The notes below the pieces were generated by a model, which did not search any database, was not told the DNA's origin, and saw only the letters and a program-made list of their open reading frames with translations. 64,000 nucleotides of DNA from Lepidodermella squamata (Eukaryota; Animalia; Gastrotricha). Position 1 is the stretch's first letter, and every line of letters starts with the position of its first letter. Positions 50,481 to 62,923 of the stretch are shown piece by piece. The position numbers were made by a program, and so were the translations under genes. The stretch lies in the NCBI GenBank assembly GCA_047495785.1, contig JBLDXI010000024.1, forward strand, positions 1,240,001 through 1,304,000, read 5' to 3'.

Positions 50481-51959
50481 ATGTTAGCCACTACTGTATT
50501 CGTCTTGCTTGCAATTCAAGGTATTTCACACTCTATGAAGCAATAATCGCGTATTTACTTTTTCCTTTATTTAGACGCGTCAGCTCAGATAACAACGCCA
50601 GCAGTTGGTACGACTTTATCGACTGGTACGCCAACTCAGCCAGCTGCTCCTAGCTCTTCAAGCATTCCAACCTCAGCAGCAGGGGCTCCGACTCAACCAG
50701 CAGCGGCTCCAAATAGCTTTTCGACCATTCAGACCTCTGCGGTTACACCAACTTCTATCACTGCTTCTAGCAATCCAACTCGTACAAGCGCCTCGGTAAC
50801 TCCTGATCCTAACATCGGCGATCCATACCCGTCAACAACTTCCGAAGACTTGGTTGCGCAATGCAAGGACATTAGCCCGAAAATCCGATGCCCCCGAAAC
50901 AACGACCAGCCTAATCCTATCAACTTCGTCTTCATCATGGACAGTTTCGGCGATGTCACTGATGCAGATCAAACTGTTTCGTTCACTATGATAATGGTCC
51001 TGAGCTGGAATGTCACGACATGCAACGCTTCAACCACTGGCTCTGGTCTTACTAAGAAGGACAGGATTATGGTGTCTGACGTCACAGAAGTCTGGCGACC
51101 GATAACCTACTTCACGTCAAGCGCCGACGATACGAGATTGAAGAACGACAACATTGCTGATGACATGGACATCGTTTTCATACCCGACACTCCTAACAGG
51201 ACGCTTCAATTTTACTGGCAAAAAACCGGCCCTGCTGTTGCTAGCTGCGATCTGAATCTGAAAAATTTCCCAATGGATGTGCAAAATTGCACCTTTGAAT
51301 TCGCCCTGAAAGAAACAGTTAAATACGTGTATTTCAAAGACATCGACTTCTACCCGCCTGATTTGGGCGATGGCGATTCCTGGTACTCTTTAGGCAGTTC
51401 CTTTTACACTACCACCGAAGGCTATGCCTCTGATTCCGTGCTGAATCGACAAGGTGTTAGTCGTGCTCGTTTTTCGATTCGAATGCGCCGCCGGCCAGCT
51501 TTTTACTTCTATTCGTTGCTAACCCCTAGCTTCGTTCTCGCGACGTTAACCCTGGCATCGTGGTTGTTTGACAACTCTACAGCTGAAAGAGCAACATTTC
51601 AAGCCACCCTGCTTCTAACTCTGTTTGTGGTGCAGTCCGATTTCATCAATGCAATGCCTAAATCACCCACTCGAATTTTACTCGCTGATTATTTGTTTTT
51701 CTTAATCGTTTTCACCGGCGCTTGTACGTTGCAATCAATGTTCATGTTTTGGCTAGCAAGTGTCTACATGCCGATGGTTGAAGATAGGGATGAAGATGAC
51801 GCCAAGCCATGCATCGATGGCGAGAGAAAGTACAAATGCTGCAAAGGCCGTTTAAATATTAAGGTGGTTCGACTTTTTGACCTGTTTTGTTTTTTGATCG
51901 CTCTTATCGCTTTTACTATCTTTACAATTATTACTTTTTCTTTGACCCTGGCGCCGTGA
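50481..51959 (+). CDS. Divergent Cys-loop LGIC subunit D with mucin-like N-terminal extension (exons 50481-50520, 50575-51959)
   Basis: Signal MLATTVFVLLAIQDASA, about 85 aa S/T/P/A-rich tract, VWRP, Cys-loop CDLNLKNFPMDVQNC, RRRPAFY, four TMs. Confidence 0.9.
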
Positions 51960-52486
51960 TGTTTTTTGAAGCTATGCAATGAAAGCAACGAATGACTAAT
52001 GAATGAAGTAAGTGCATTATTCACACCCTTGAAGTTCGGTCAATATCTCATCTATTGTTCAGTGTAAAATGGGGTGAATAAAAGATCTATTGTAAAACTC
52101 GTTTTGGGTTTTTGGGAGGCTGCTACCCAGAAACAAATGTCAGCTGACTCACTCGCTGCGGACGCAATCGATCAGTGAAAAAAGTTGACATTTTCCTTTG
52201 ACAAAAAAACAAGGACACCGCGGACCGCGGAAGTCTGGCCTAATATAATGTTGAGGCAAAAACGTTTGGAAGGTCACATGCATGGTCAGATTTTTTCCAT
52301 CCGAAATGTGGTGCCAAGTTTTTTTTACACGAAACCCACTTCCGTTTTACTGATGAAGTTGAACAAGCCATGTGTGTGAGTTCGAACTCTAACAACGAGT
52401 TTCAGCTGTCAGCTTTCAGCTATGCGTCTATATACTAAGTGTGCATACTCTAGTCAATAGCCGGTTTTTCAATTCAAAAACCATCC

Positions 52487-53860
52487 ATGGCATCATCTGC
52501 TGAGACCGGTGCTGATGAAAGGTCACTGCTCATCGCGTTGGAGCGAAAAACCTGGTCGCCAGACGAGCACGTGATCATTTACGACCCTACCTCCCGCGCT
52601 CAGAGCCTCGCCCTGCTCGACTGCGCGTTTCTTGACAACGAAATCATCCGGCTGATCAAAGTCGAGGGGCGGAGTTACTTTGGCGTAACCTACGACCAGT
52701 GGCTCGTCACTAATGGGTTGTACTGCCTGGAATTCTGCGCGAAACACCCGGTAAATGTGCATGAAACCTCTCGAGTTTCTATCATCATCTCAAGCAAACT
52801 TGTCTATCGAGACTGTAAGGTCTACGAGCAATGTAACGCGAAAATGACGCCGGTTATTCGAGACCGGATGCGGCACGTCCTCGGCATGGCAAATTACTCA
52901 TTTTGCCTCCGAAACAGCGAGCATGTGTCGAACTACGTATTCCGAGGAAAATGGATTAGCAATCAAATGGGAAAAGGCCGACCGTTGTTCCAGCAGTTCA
53001 AGAAAGCCCTCATTAAAGAGGGGGAGGAAATTATAAGGAAGATCAACCGATTTCCTGGCCACGTTCAGCCGAACCCGTTCGAAGAGGCGAAGATTTTTTG
53101 CGATTTAATTAAAGATAATTTAACCGCTGATCGAATCGAATTGAGTCTGGAAAGATTGGACCCAAAGCCAAATGAGGATATTTTCAACATTTTAGTAATT
53201 GGCCCGCCTGGTATCGGAAAATTCAAACTTGTCAACGCGATCTTCAACCAGGAAATTATAGCATCGGAAGACGGCAATTCAGAGGGTGTTTATTTTGTCT
53301 ATGGGAACGGAAAAATTCACAACAGAGCGAAAACACGAGATGAATTACGGCCGGTTTTAGTCGCCGATGTTTCGCTGAGTGACCAGGTCTTCTCTGGCTG
53401 CCCCTTCCCGGAAAAATTGCGCCTGAGAATAAGCCGAGATGTCAAACACCTCGACGCTGCTATCCTTGTGTTCGACTCGAATTTTTCTGACAAATCCTGG
53501 ATAGAAAATGTCAAATTTATGCTGGAATGGATGCGATTCAGCTCGAGAAATAGCATGCGGTTCATGTTTGTCATCCTAGTGAATGAAGCCCACAGTAAAT
53601 CGGTGGATGAATCTGAAATTCGAGCGCATTTTTATAGGATTTTCAAAGAAATTGAGGAGCCTCGTTCGGATGACTACAACCTGCTGGAAATTGTCAAATT
53701 TCCACCTGAAAGGAGCGAGAAAAGTTGGCACAATATCAACACGTTTTTGCGTCGGCTAGCCGGTGTTCATCGCATTTCGCTGCCGCCTTTCCCGACGGAG
53801 GGTGAAAGCAGAATGCAGCATTTAACCGAGCTGTTTAGGAATATATTTACCACAATTTGA
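52487..53860 (+). CDS. LRAT/NlpC-P60-like domain fused to P-loop GTPase-like domain (intronless)
   Basis: NYSFCLRNSEHVSNYV resembles the LRAT/HRASLS NCEHF motif; NILVIGPPGIGKFKLVNAIF is a degenerate Walker A; later LDAAILVF and FMFVIL strands fit a TRAFAC GTPase fold. Confidence 0.75.
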   Translation: MASSAETGADERSLLIALERKTWSPDEHVIIYDPTSRAQSLALLDCAFLDNEIIRLIKVEGRSYFGVTYDQWLVTNGLYCLEFCAKHPVNVHETSRVSIIISSKLVYRDCKVYEQCNAKMTPVIRDRMRHVLGMANYSFCLRNSEHVSNYVFRGKWISNQMGKGRPLFQQFKKALIKEGEEIIRKINRFPGHVQPNPFEEAKIFCDLIKDNLTADRIELSLERLDPKPNEDIFNILVIGPPGIGKFKLVNAIFNQEIIASEDGNSEGVYFVYGNGKIHNRAKTRDELRPVLVADVSLSDQVFSGCPFPEKLRLRISRDVKHLDAAILVFDSNFSDKSWIENVKFMLEWMRFSSRNSMRFMFVILVNEAHSKSVDESEIRAHFYRIFKEIEEPRSDDYNLLEIVKFPPERSEKSWHNINTFLRRLAGVHRISLPPFPTEGESRMQHLTELFRNIFTTI

Positions 53861-54295
53861 ATTTAGTGAATCGAATGAGAGACTCTGCTTATAGAGATAT
53901 AGGTTTGAAACCTGTGAAAATAAATTATTAAGCTAGACTTTTTTTTGGAAATCTTAAACTTTTGTTATTCTTCAGCACTGTGTAATTAAATGATGACCTT
54001 CCGTGAAGAAACTAGGTCAGTGCGCCCAGCTAATTTTTATTACTTGCTGATTTTTGAAGAAAACTCATAATTTATTACTTCGCAGATGATGAGACAGACC
54101 TCGCATGATAGAGATCGATTACGATGCGTAAATAACAACAAAAATTCGCATAGTCACACCCATGGGGTTGGTACCACAATTTAAAAACAGTATTTACTTC
54201 CTTTTTATTTGCATTTTTTCTTGTTTTTCTGAGCATCTCAGAGGACAAAAATCTACAATAGAGAAAAATTCCGAGAAAAATCATAATTTCCAAAA

Positions 54296-55521
54296 ATGAT
54301 CGCTTTTCACATGCTATTTTTGTTGATATTTTACTCAAATCTTGAAATTTCGATTGCATCAATAAGCGAAGTGTTATATATCAACAAAGGCGCTAACAAT
54401 TCACGCGAAACATTCGAGCCAATTGATTTCCTACTGAAAAGATGTCCGATATCAGCGGCTGTGAGAGACCCGGGCCCGATATCACGCATCAGCCTTCAGC
54501 TAAGACTCGATCGATTCGTCGCAGTCGACGAGCAAAAATCGTCATTTTCATTCATTGGAGCGCTGATTTACACCTGGACTGTGCCATGTGTTGCTAGGGT
54601 GTCTAGAAGCCCTGAGTGGCCGTTGAACTGGACTGAAGATATCAGTAAAATCGCCGATCCTAGCCAAATTTGGACGCCTATGGATTTTCCTTTCAAAGAT
54701 GATAGATTGCTCTCAACTTCAGCTACGGTTTCGCCTTCTTCTGGAATTTTCACCTCAATTCTGAATTATCAATTTTCAGCTGATTGCGACATGAATTTGA
54801 TGAACTTTCCATTCGATACCCAGAGGTGTTCGGTTAAATTTAAACACTACCCATCGCCGAACATTGCCGTGAAATATGAACGAAATTCGAGATTCATCGG
54901 CGAAAGTGATTATTGGGACATTTTGAACATGAAATCTGCAAGCGATGCTGCATTGACTGAATTTCAAATAGTCTTGAAGCGACGATCTCAATATTTTGTC
55001 TTGCAATTCATTATTCCTAGCCTGGCGCTAAATATCCTCATGACCGGAATATTCCTTATTAGAGGTTAGAAATTTTTCAAATTTATATATAGATTTTTCT
55101 CAATTTTTATTAATTTTAAGGCGAAACTTGTGGCCGTTTATGTTTGTCCATGGGATTAATATTATCGAATATCGTCATTTTTGTGAGTTGGCAATTAACA
55201 ATATAATAAATTTTTATTATTTTTTCTGATTTGAAGGGACATGCGCTTAATTTTGCTCCCAGATCTCCGAAACCGACAGCCGGCTGCTACTATCTACTCG
55301 GCTCAATTTTCTACGATTCGTGCTGCTGCGCTTACGCCATTTTCGCAGCGTTTTTCGCGTCTAAGAATCGAGCGCAAGAGATTGTTTATTTACGACCATT
55401 TAACGGCTTCCGAGCTCGTCCTGTGACGAGAAGTTTCTACTTTGACATTATCGCTTTTAGTGTATCCTCAGCCATTCTTATAGCTTTTAACATCGTTTAC
55501 TTCTCAGTTCTCGCCTCGTAA
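54296..55521 (+). CDS. Divergent Cys-loop LGIC subunit E (exons 54296-55064, 55121-55182, 55237-55521)
   Basis: LDRFVAVDE, IWTP, Cys-loop CDMNLMNFPFDTQRC, LKRRSQYF, four TMs after splicing. Confidence 0.88.
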
Positions 55522-56647
55522 TAATCGTTAACAAAATATAACATCAATGGTTCCTAATAAAAATATCCAATAAAAATGCTGGCGAAGGGTATATGAAAAA
55601 GTTACACGGGAAACGCTCCTCTTGATATTCGACGCAGTTTTTATTATAATATTTGGTATTAATTCCAATTATTTTTTTACGAGCTCAGGTGCTATTAGCC
55701 TTGTTCCTTGGCTCTATAATACTGCCCTAAGAAATAAGGCGGTAAAATAGAGCCTAATTAGGCTCAAATGAACAGCCGCTCTGATAATAATGAGCACTTG
55801 TTATTTTGCAAAACCCCTTGATATAGGCAAATTATACACAGCTCGTTTTTTTAATATGCTCACAGCAACTTAACGCTAAAAAAAATCTAATGGTTGGAAT
55901 TTGATTATTTTCTATCAATCACCCGTTTTTTTGTAATTTTCAGGTCGCGGAAAAAAACGCGTGATTTGATCAACAAAATGGCTCGTTTCAATATCGCAAA
56001 TGCGCCATTAATCGGGATTATTTTGCAAAAAACCGCAATTTCTATTATTGTTTAGACCTCACTTCTAGTTTTGAACTTTCACCAGTTTTTATTCAATTTT
56101 TGCATGACTGGTTCTTGTATAAAAAAAAGAAAACGCAAGTCCGTAGGATATTCTTTATTCTGCACTAATTTTTCTTGATTTATCGAAAAATCATATAAGA
56201 GCCAAATGAAATAATGAGCACCTTTTCTCTGAACGCGAGTAGCGGATAATTTTTTACGAGCATCAATATTGCGATAATAAAAATATAATATTTTACGACT
56301 GCGCCCGCGCGCGAGATGCGTGTTCATTGTTATTTGAGTGCGACTCGCCAACCGGCGATTTTTGGCTTTCATCTCGCACGTTCTGGCACGCTTGCTTTCT
56401 GATACATATGCATCTTACAATAGATAAGCACTATTCTGTATAGCGCATTACTTGTAAAAATATTGGGATACTTATACAGCTCTGATTACCTAATTAAAGA
56501 ATATTCATAAATAATTCAGTTTTTTATTTTGGCTCAAAGCGAATTTTTCTAAAATTAAAAAAAAATCGTTACGGATTCTATCAATTATAGGTTTAATGGT
56601 CTTACCTCATGTAATCGCTTCCAGAATCTTTTGAAGGGTCCTATGAA

Positions 56648-58008
56648 ATGAACCGGTTACTATTTGGTACTTTTATCATTATCGGCTTTCTTTTGGCGCA
56701 AATTCCAGCTCAAATGCCATCGTATCGCCGGAATGGCGAGGCTGCTTTCGATCCTTCGGCTTACCTACTATCAAAATGCCGACTGAGCCCTAGCGTTAAT
56801 TCACCTGAGGAATTTTCCGGCTCGCGGACGAAGGTTCATTTGTTCTTCAAACTCGATCGATTCGTCTCACTCGACGAAACTCTGGAGCAAACAGTCATCG
56901 GCGGCGGTATTAGCTACCGTTGGATTGTTCATTGCGTTAAAAGGGCTGCCCACACCCAAGAATGGCCGTCGAATTTAACAACAATGCCAAATACTGCGGA
57001 TCGGGAGAAATTCTGGTCACCCCGATTCGGCCATGCTAATGCTGTTAGCGATTATTCAATGCGGAGTGAATTCCACCCGTTTCTAAGCATCCTACCTCAC
57101 GAAGGGCTGTTCGTCGGCCTTCAAACCGGGACATTTGTCTCGTTTTGCGACGTTAATCTACGCAGATTTCCGTTTGATGTTCAAATTTGTAAAATCGAGC
57201 TGTTGCTGCTGCAATCGATGAATTTTGTTGAAATAACGCGTATCGGCTTTCTTCACACCAATGCTACGTCGCCGATGGGCGATAACTTCGGGTGGACTTT
57301 TGTTGGCAATGCGACCGAGGTAGTCATCACGCATGACCCGCCAATGGGCTACTTTGAACAAGCCGTGTTTTCTTTCACGCTGAAACGGCGCCATCAGTAC
57401 TACGTCTTTATGCTGCTGACACCGAGCATTTTCATCAGCATCCTATTTCTTGGGCTTTTTCTCATCCCCGGTAAGAAAAAATCTACAGAATTAAGGAATT
57501 GAAAATTAAAATAAATTATTAGATTTATTTACATTTTATTTTATGAAATTTTAAAATTTTGAAAAAATAATCAATTTATATTTTTTGAAATTTTTTAAAA
57601 TAATTTTAGGTGACGATGCCTCACGAATACTTTACGTTGTTTCACTCCTATTGTCTCATCTCGTCTTTCAGGTCGGTTGAAGTTTTTGTTCGCAATTTTC
57701 ATGATTTTTAAATTAAAATTTTCTATTTAATTTAGGATGAACTTTTCGATGCTATGCCCAAGGCGACTCGGCCGACAATAGTTGGCTACTACGTGTTCGC
57801 GCTGAATATCTTCACGTCAACGCTATGCCTGTACACCATCATCATTTACTACCTGTTTCGAATAGACTCGAGAAATTTCACGCGAGAAGTCTACGTTGGC
57901 TCGTCTACCGTAATGCGGATAACGCTGATTGAAATCGCCGTCGGAATATTAGCCATCACTGCCTACATTTTTATAAATATTTTCATCATCTGCCTCTACA
58001 TGACTTGA
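56648..58008 (+). CDS. Divergent Cys-loop LGIC subunit F (exons 56648-57470, 57610-57671, 57736-58008)
   Basis: LDRFVSLDE, FWSP, Cys-loop CDVNLRRFPFDVQIC, LKRRHQYY; same intron positions as subunit E. Confidence 0.9.
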
Positions 58009-58358
58009 AAAAATGAAAACTACGCCGGAATTTAAACGCGCTGAAATTGGCTTCCACCAACAATTTTTCACAATTTTTATTTTTGGTTAAATAAAATTAA
58101 TAATTGACGTTAACTTTTTCACAGGATTTCAAAGCTAAACAATGATATAAAAATTGAAGCATGGAATGGTTGCCCTCATCGACTTTGCTACGTCGAAGTT
58201 TGCCAGTTATTTCTTCTGAGATCAAGAATAAGACCGTCATTATTGTTTTTTTTGCTCTCGCGATTCTTGCAATTAAACACGCGTTTCTTCGAGTCCCAGT
58301 AGAGTGACTAAAAAATGTTTATTCAAGAAATCCTTATCAAAGAAATCGCACCTTAAAA

Positions 58359-60110
58359 ATGTTTGCAAAATTTGGCTTATTTCTAGCATCGATACTCCCA
58401 TTTTTGGTCGATTGCCAAACCCGAGATCCGAACAAGTATTGTTTCGAATGTGCCGGCATGCGCAATCACAAAGATTTGTACGCCGACCCGGATGATTGCC
58501 ACGGCTTCTACCAGTGTCTGTACCTCGGCAACGGCGAGGCGCGCGGCATCAAACGCCAGTGCCAGCCTGGTACATTTTGGAACGAAGAATTCCTGAACTG
58601 CGTACCAGAGGGCGATGAACCGTGTCGGGATAAGTGCCAAGATTTGACGATTCAGTCGCGAGGGTGCCACGCTGACCCGACAAAGTGTTCCCGTTACTTC
58701 ACATGCCAGTTCAGCGTCAGCTATCCGTTTTGCTGCCCGCCAAAAACTAGCTTCAACGAAACAACTTGTCAATGTGACGACTCGGAAACTTGCGCGGATC
58801 CTTGCGATCAGGTTTTTTAAATTTTCGCTATAAATTTAAATTTAAATTTTTTAAACTAAAATAAATTGAATTTTTAAATTATTTTAATTTTTTTTAAGTT
58901 TCAGAATAAAATTAACAAGTTTAAACAAAAATTAAAATCCTACGTTGATTGAATAATTTTCATAATTCAATTTAGCCTCGTGTTAATATAATTTTTTTCA
59001 TTGTTTTTAAATTGAGCCGGAACCTCAATTTTAGTGGTGCAAATTTAATAAGGGGCATATGCAAATTATCCATTATTGATTTTTCTAAATTTATTCGATT
59101 ATATTAGAACTTCAAATCAAGCGTTTCGACAACCGTATTGCCGCCTCAAAATTACGGCACATACTGCATTGATTCATATGGCGCCAAGTTGAAACCCGCC
59201 GCCACCCCAGCGTCGTTCTACCTGGTCGATGCCGATGACGTTGCGACTGAGACACCCTGCGCCCTAGGTACCGAGTTCAGTCTAGTCGATTGCGCCTGTT
59301 CGGTGCCAGTCGCCTACGACGCCGGTCCTATTGGGCGAAATATCAAACTCTGCAATGTTTTCCTGCCATTTGAAGGCGACGCGCTTGATCGCGGCAAGTT
59401 GGGATTTTGGATTGACGTAGTCGAACCGGCTCGCCTATCGGATCAAGCGGCTGCTCATGGCAAAGGCTCTCTCCGAATTCAAGGCCCGGATGGCAGATTT
59501 GAAATTCCGGGTGGTAAAACGACTAATGACCCTGAATTCTCAGGCTGTTTCTTCTTCAGGTAAAAATATTTTGAAATTCAAACTAAAAATAACTGGAAAA
59601 ATTATAGGTGTGCTGAGCCTCCTTGCTCTTACCAGTCTGGTGGTTTGGTATCGAGGCGCTCTTGCGTAGATTGCCCAACATTCGGCTACGTGCTTTCGCT
59701 CGATAACAGCAAGTTGAAACTCGATCTATTTTGCAATTCGCCGGACCCAGCTGTCCTGGAATTTCCCTTGCCACCTGCACCATCGGACAACAATGGCTTC
59801 CACCAAATCTGTATCGCTGCTGGAAATTCAACCCAATCACTCTATGTCAACAACGTAAGTAACGTTTTTTGCTTCATTTATTGTTAATTTCTAAAGAATT
59901 TAACAGAGGTTGATCATTCAACTACCCCTAACTTGCTTGACAATGGTGAACGCCTGCCCGGCCGCTATCGGATACGACACTGTCTACGGGTCGTTTGATG
60001 GCTATGTCGACGATTTCATGCACTGTTCTTATGACATTGGAGCCGAAGGAGTGGACGCGCATTATCGCGGGGCCCAAGCTCTAATTGCAGCTGGAATGTT
60101 GAAGGCTTAG
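58359..60110 (+). CDS. Secreted chitin-binding type-2 (peritrophin-A/CBM14) + LamG/ConA-like protein, Pif-like (exons 58359-58811, 59108-59559, 59608-59854, 59907-60110)
   Basis: Signal peptide; DPDDCHGFYQC...CQPGTFWN...C, DPTKCSRYFTC...CPPKTSFN...C and a third partial module CALGTEFSLVDC; LamG-like FLPFEGD...FHQICI...LYVNN...FDGYVDDF. Confidence 0.85.
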
Positions 60111-61451
60111 TGAAAAATTTTGAGTTACATCGTATCTGAAATGTTGGGAATCTAAAAAACATGAGTTGGAAATGTTGAGAAATAAAGTGACTATTTTTCT
60201 TTTGATTAGAACGATGATTTCTGCTAACATATTGGAATTCGAAGAATAAAAAATATAAATCCATTCACTTGCTTTGGAAATTGCATTTCTTGAGAACTTA
60301 TTGCTCCATGGGCAATAAACAAAGAATCCAAAGGCACTATTTATGGTTGATTCAGAGAAAATCAGTAGCCACTTTTGATTTTCTTCCTGAAAAGATTCCT
60401 ATGCATTTTTCCATAGTTTTTTTTGGCGAAAAACAAGTCCATTTTATTAATTTCATTGATTAAATGAGGGCTGATCGACATATCGATATTTTTTGTGGCG
60501 AGATTTGGTCGCGTGTCAGGCTTTTTTCATATACGCTGAGCTCTGTTTCTCAAGTGCTAGAGTTTTTATCTTTCATTTTCCCTTTTTGCTCTGATGTTAT
60601 GTTAATGCTTAGGCTATACATTTGATTGCTGCTTAACCTCTTATCTACTGCCAGCAAACGCAAATATTTCTTGTCGGTAATAACAGCTTTCTATTAAAAC
60701 GCTCAAAACCGCCTATATTTTCGTTCTGCCCTTATCTCATATTTTCTTCTCATTGCACCGCGTGTGTTTTGCTTCTCTTATTATTGCGATTGCTCACGCT
60801 CATTCAGCCAATTATTTAACCTCGTTTGGTCTAATTTTTATTGCCCTTTTTATTACGAGCCACTTTCTATTACATGTGCTAACCACATTCGGCGGCGTAG
60901 TATAATATTACAGCAGAAACACGCCACAATAGAAGCGCAGAGAGAGGATAAAGCAATTCTGAGCAATTCTTCTGATATTCCTGCGATGTAAGTACTATGC
61001 GTTTACCATTTACAGAGCACACACACACACACACAAACATGCGAATGCACGAAATATACAGCAGCGGAAAGCTGCTATTGTGCCGCTTCTATTCTCTAGT
61101 GTCGCGGTGCATGCTTCATTCTACACATCATAAAATGCGACCCGACAGAAACATTCTGCATGTCATCGATTTTTACGTCGCGTGCTCATAGCTCATATAA
61201 GCGTAAAGCACTACAATTTCATCAGAGAGCGCACGCGGAGCAAAAGCTGCAAAAGTGCGTGTCATAACGGCAGCGGAATATCGATTTTATTTCAGCTGTC
61301 TCTCTTATATAAGCTGATGTTGTGATGCTTTCCTTTCTGTCTGCGACCATCATCCCTTTTATAAATGCACCTATCACTGCTTTACAGTAACATTATTTCT
61401 GTCAAATTCGCTTAAAAAATAATCAATTTTAAGGAGGATTTCTTAAAAAAA

Positions 61452-62790
61452 ATGGCTGCTAAATTCACGAACAGTGACGGCTCTCTCGATCTGAGCAAGG
61501 CGCTGGCTGCTGTTGCTGCTCTTGTAACATCTGCTGGGCAAAATTTCAGCAAGGAAAAAGCAACAAATTCGTGAGTAAAATTTTTTGGAAAATTTGTCTG
61601 ATTTTAAATTAAAATCCTGCTTTAGATCTGGCTCCATTGGTCTGAATTTAACTCAACCCAAATCGGTGCCGATTTCTGAACCGCCTGAGAAGAAATACCG
61701 AAGCTTTACTGAGCAAGAGTCTTTACCCTCGACAAGCCATATCGATGATATTCCTTCAACGTCAAATCACCAAACCTCAGATGACAATCTTTCTAACGAC
61801 GATTTGGAAGGTTCGTCTTCATCTTTCCCGGATCCGATGGCTGCCGATATGTCGCAGCAGCAGGGAGAAGCTGCCGATGTTGAACGGTTTGAGGTGATAA
61901 AATCGCAAAAACAGGCCGATCACTATTTGCTGCACGGATTTTGCTACATTGCGAAATACTGGGCGAAAAAGAGCGACCAGATTTTACTTCACTGCATCGA
62001 ACATGGCTGCCATGCGACGGCTTATATGACTCGGGACTTTCGACCTAAAACTTCATCGGTCGAGGGCTTCGCCTGGAAGGAGCATAGCCACGAGCCGCGG
62101 CACGAATTTTACGTCGCAAAAGCTTTGAGAAACGAAATCAAGGTATTTTATTTTTTTTTAATTTAAATTCTAAATTTTAAATTTTAAGATATTTTGATCT
62201 ATCAAATTTGAATCATTTTTTTTTAATTTTTTTTTTAAATTTCATGATTTTTTTAGATGAAGGCAATAACATCGAGTGATAAGCCTGGATCGATTATGGA
62301 AGAAATGATTTCCACAGTTCCACCTGAAGTCAAACATTTATTGAGGGACAAAAGCGCAACTCGCCAGTTGATTCTCAGAACCCGGAAAAGAGCGAGCAAA
62401 AATACGAAAAATCGCCAATCGCCGCCGTCAATGGTAGTCAAACCGCTTCCGAAGGTCGACGGGCCTGTTCCTGAGCCGAAACCAGTTACTCCTGCGCCAG
62501 CGCCTGTCCAGCGTCAAGAAAATACCGCCAGTAATGATCAAGGAAGATTCGAGGTGAGACTTTAAAAAAATGAAAAATATTTCGAAATTCTTGAAATTTT
62601 CTGCGACTTTCAGATGCCGCCTGCTTTGTTTCAACAAGTGACGATAATAAATGCGGCTGTCGGTGGGGCTGCGCTTCCGATTTTCGACCAGCTCATGCCT
62701 GGTGTTGAGGAAGCTTATTATCTTACGATTCTAGACCAAATTCGATCGCGTCGGCCTGACTTGCTCCGTCGATATAACAATTCAAGCTAA
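61452..62790 (+). CDS. FLYWCH-type zinc-finger protein (exons 61452-61570, 61626-62142, 62257-62553, 62614-62790)
   Basis: FEVIKSQK...YLLHGFCY...LHCIEHGCHATA...HSHEP; four exons splice in frame via GT-AG introns. Confidence 0.8.
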
Positions 62791-62923
62791 CCAGAAAAAA
62801 ATGTATTTGTATCGTGGAAAAATCTGAAGTAAAACGTTTTCGTGCCTCGTGCTTATTGAGACCTATTTTGTCTAAAAATAACGTTGTATTTTGTTTTTAA
62901 TTTTGGAATTTTCCAGAAAAATT

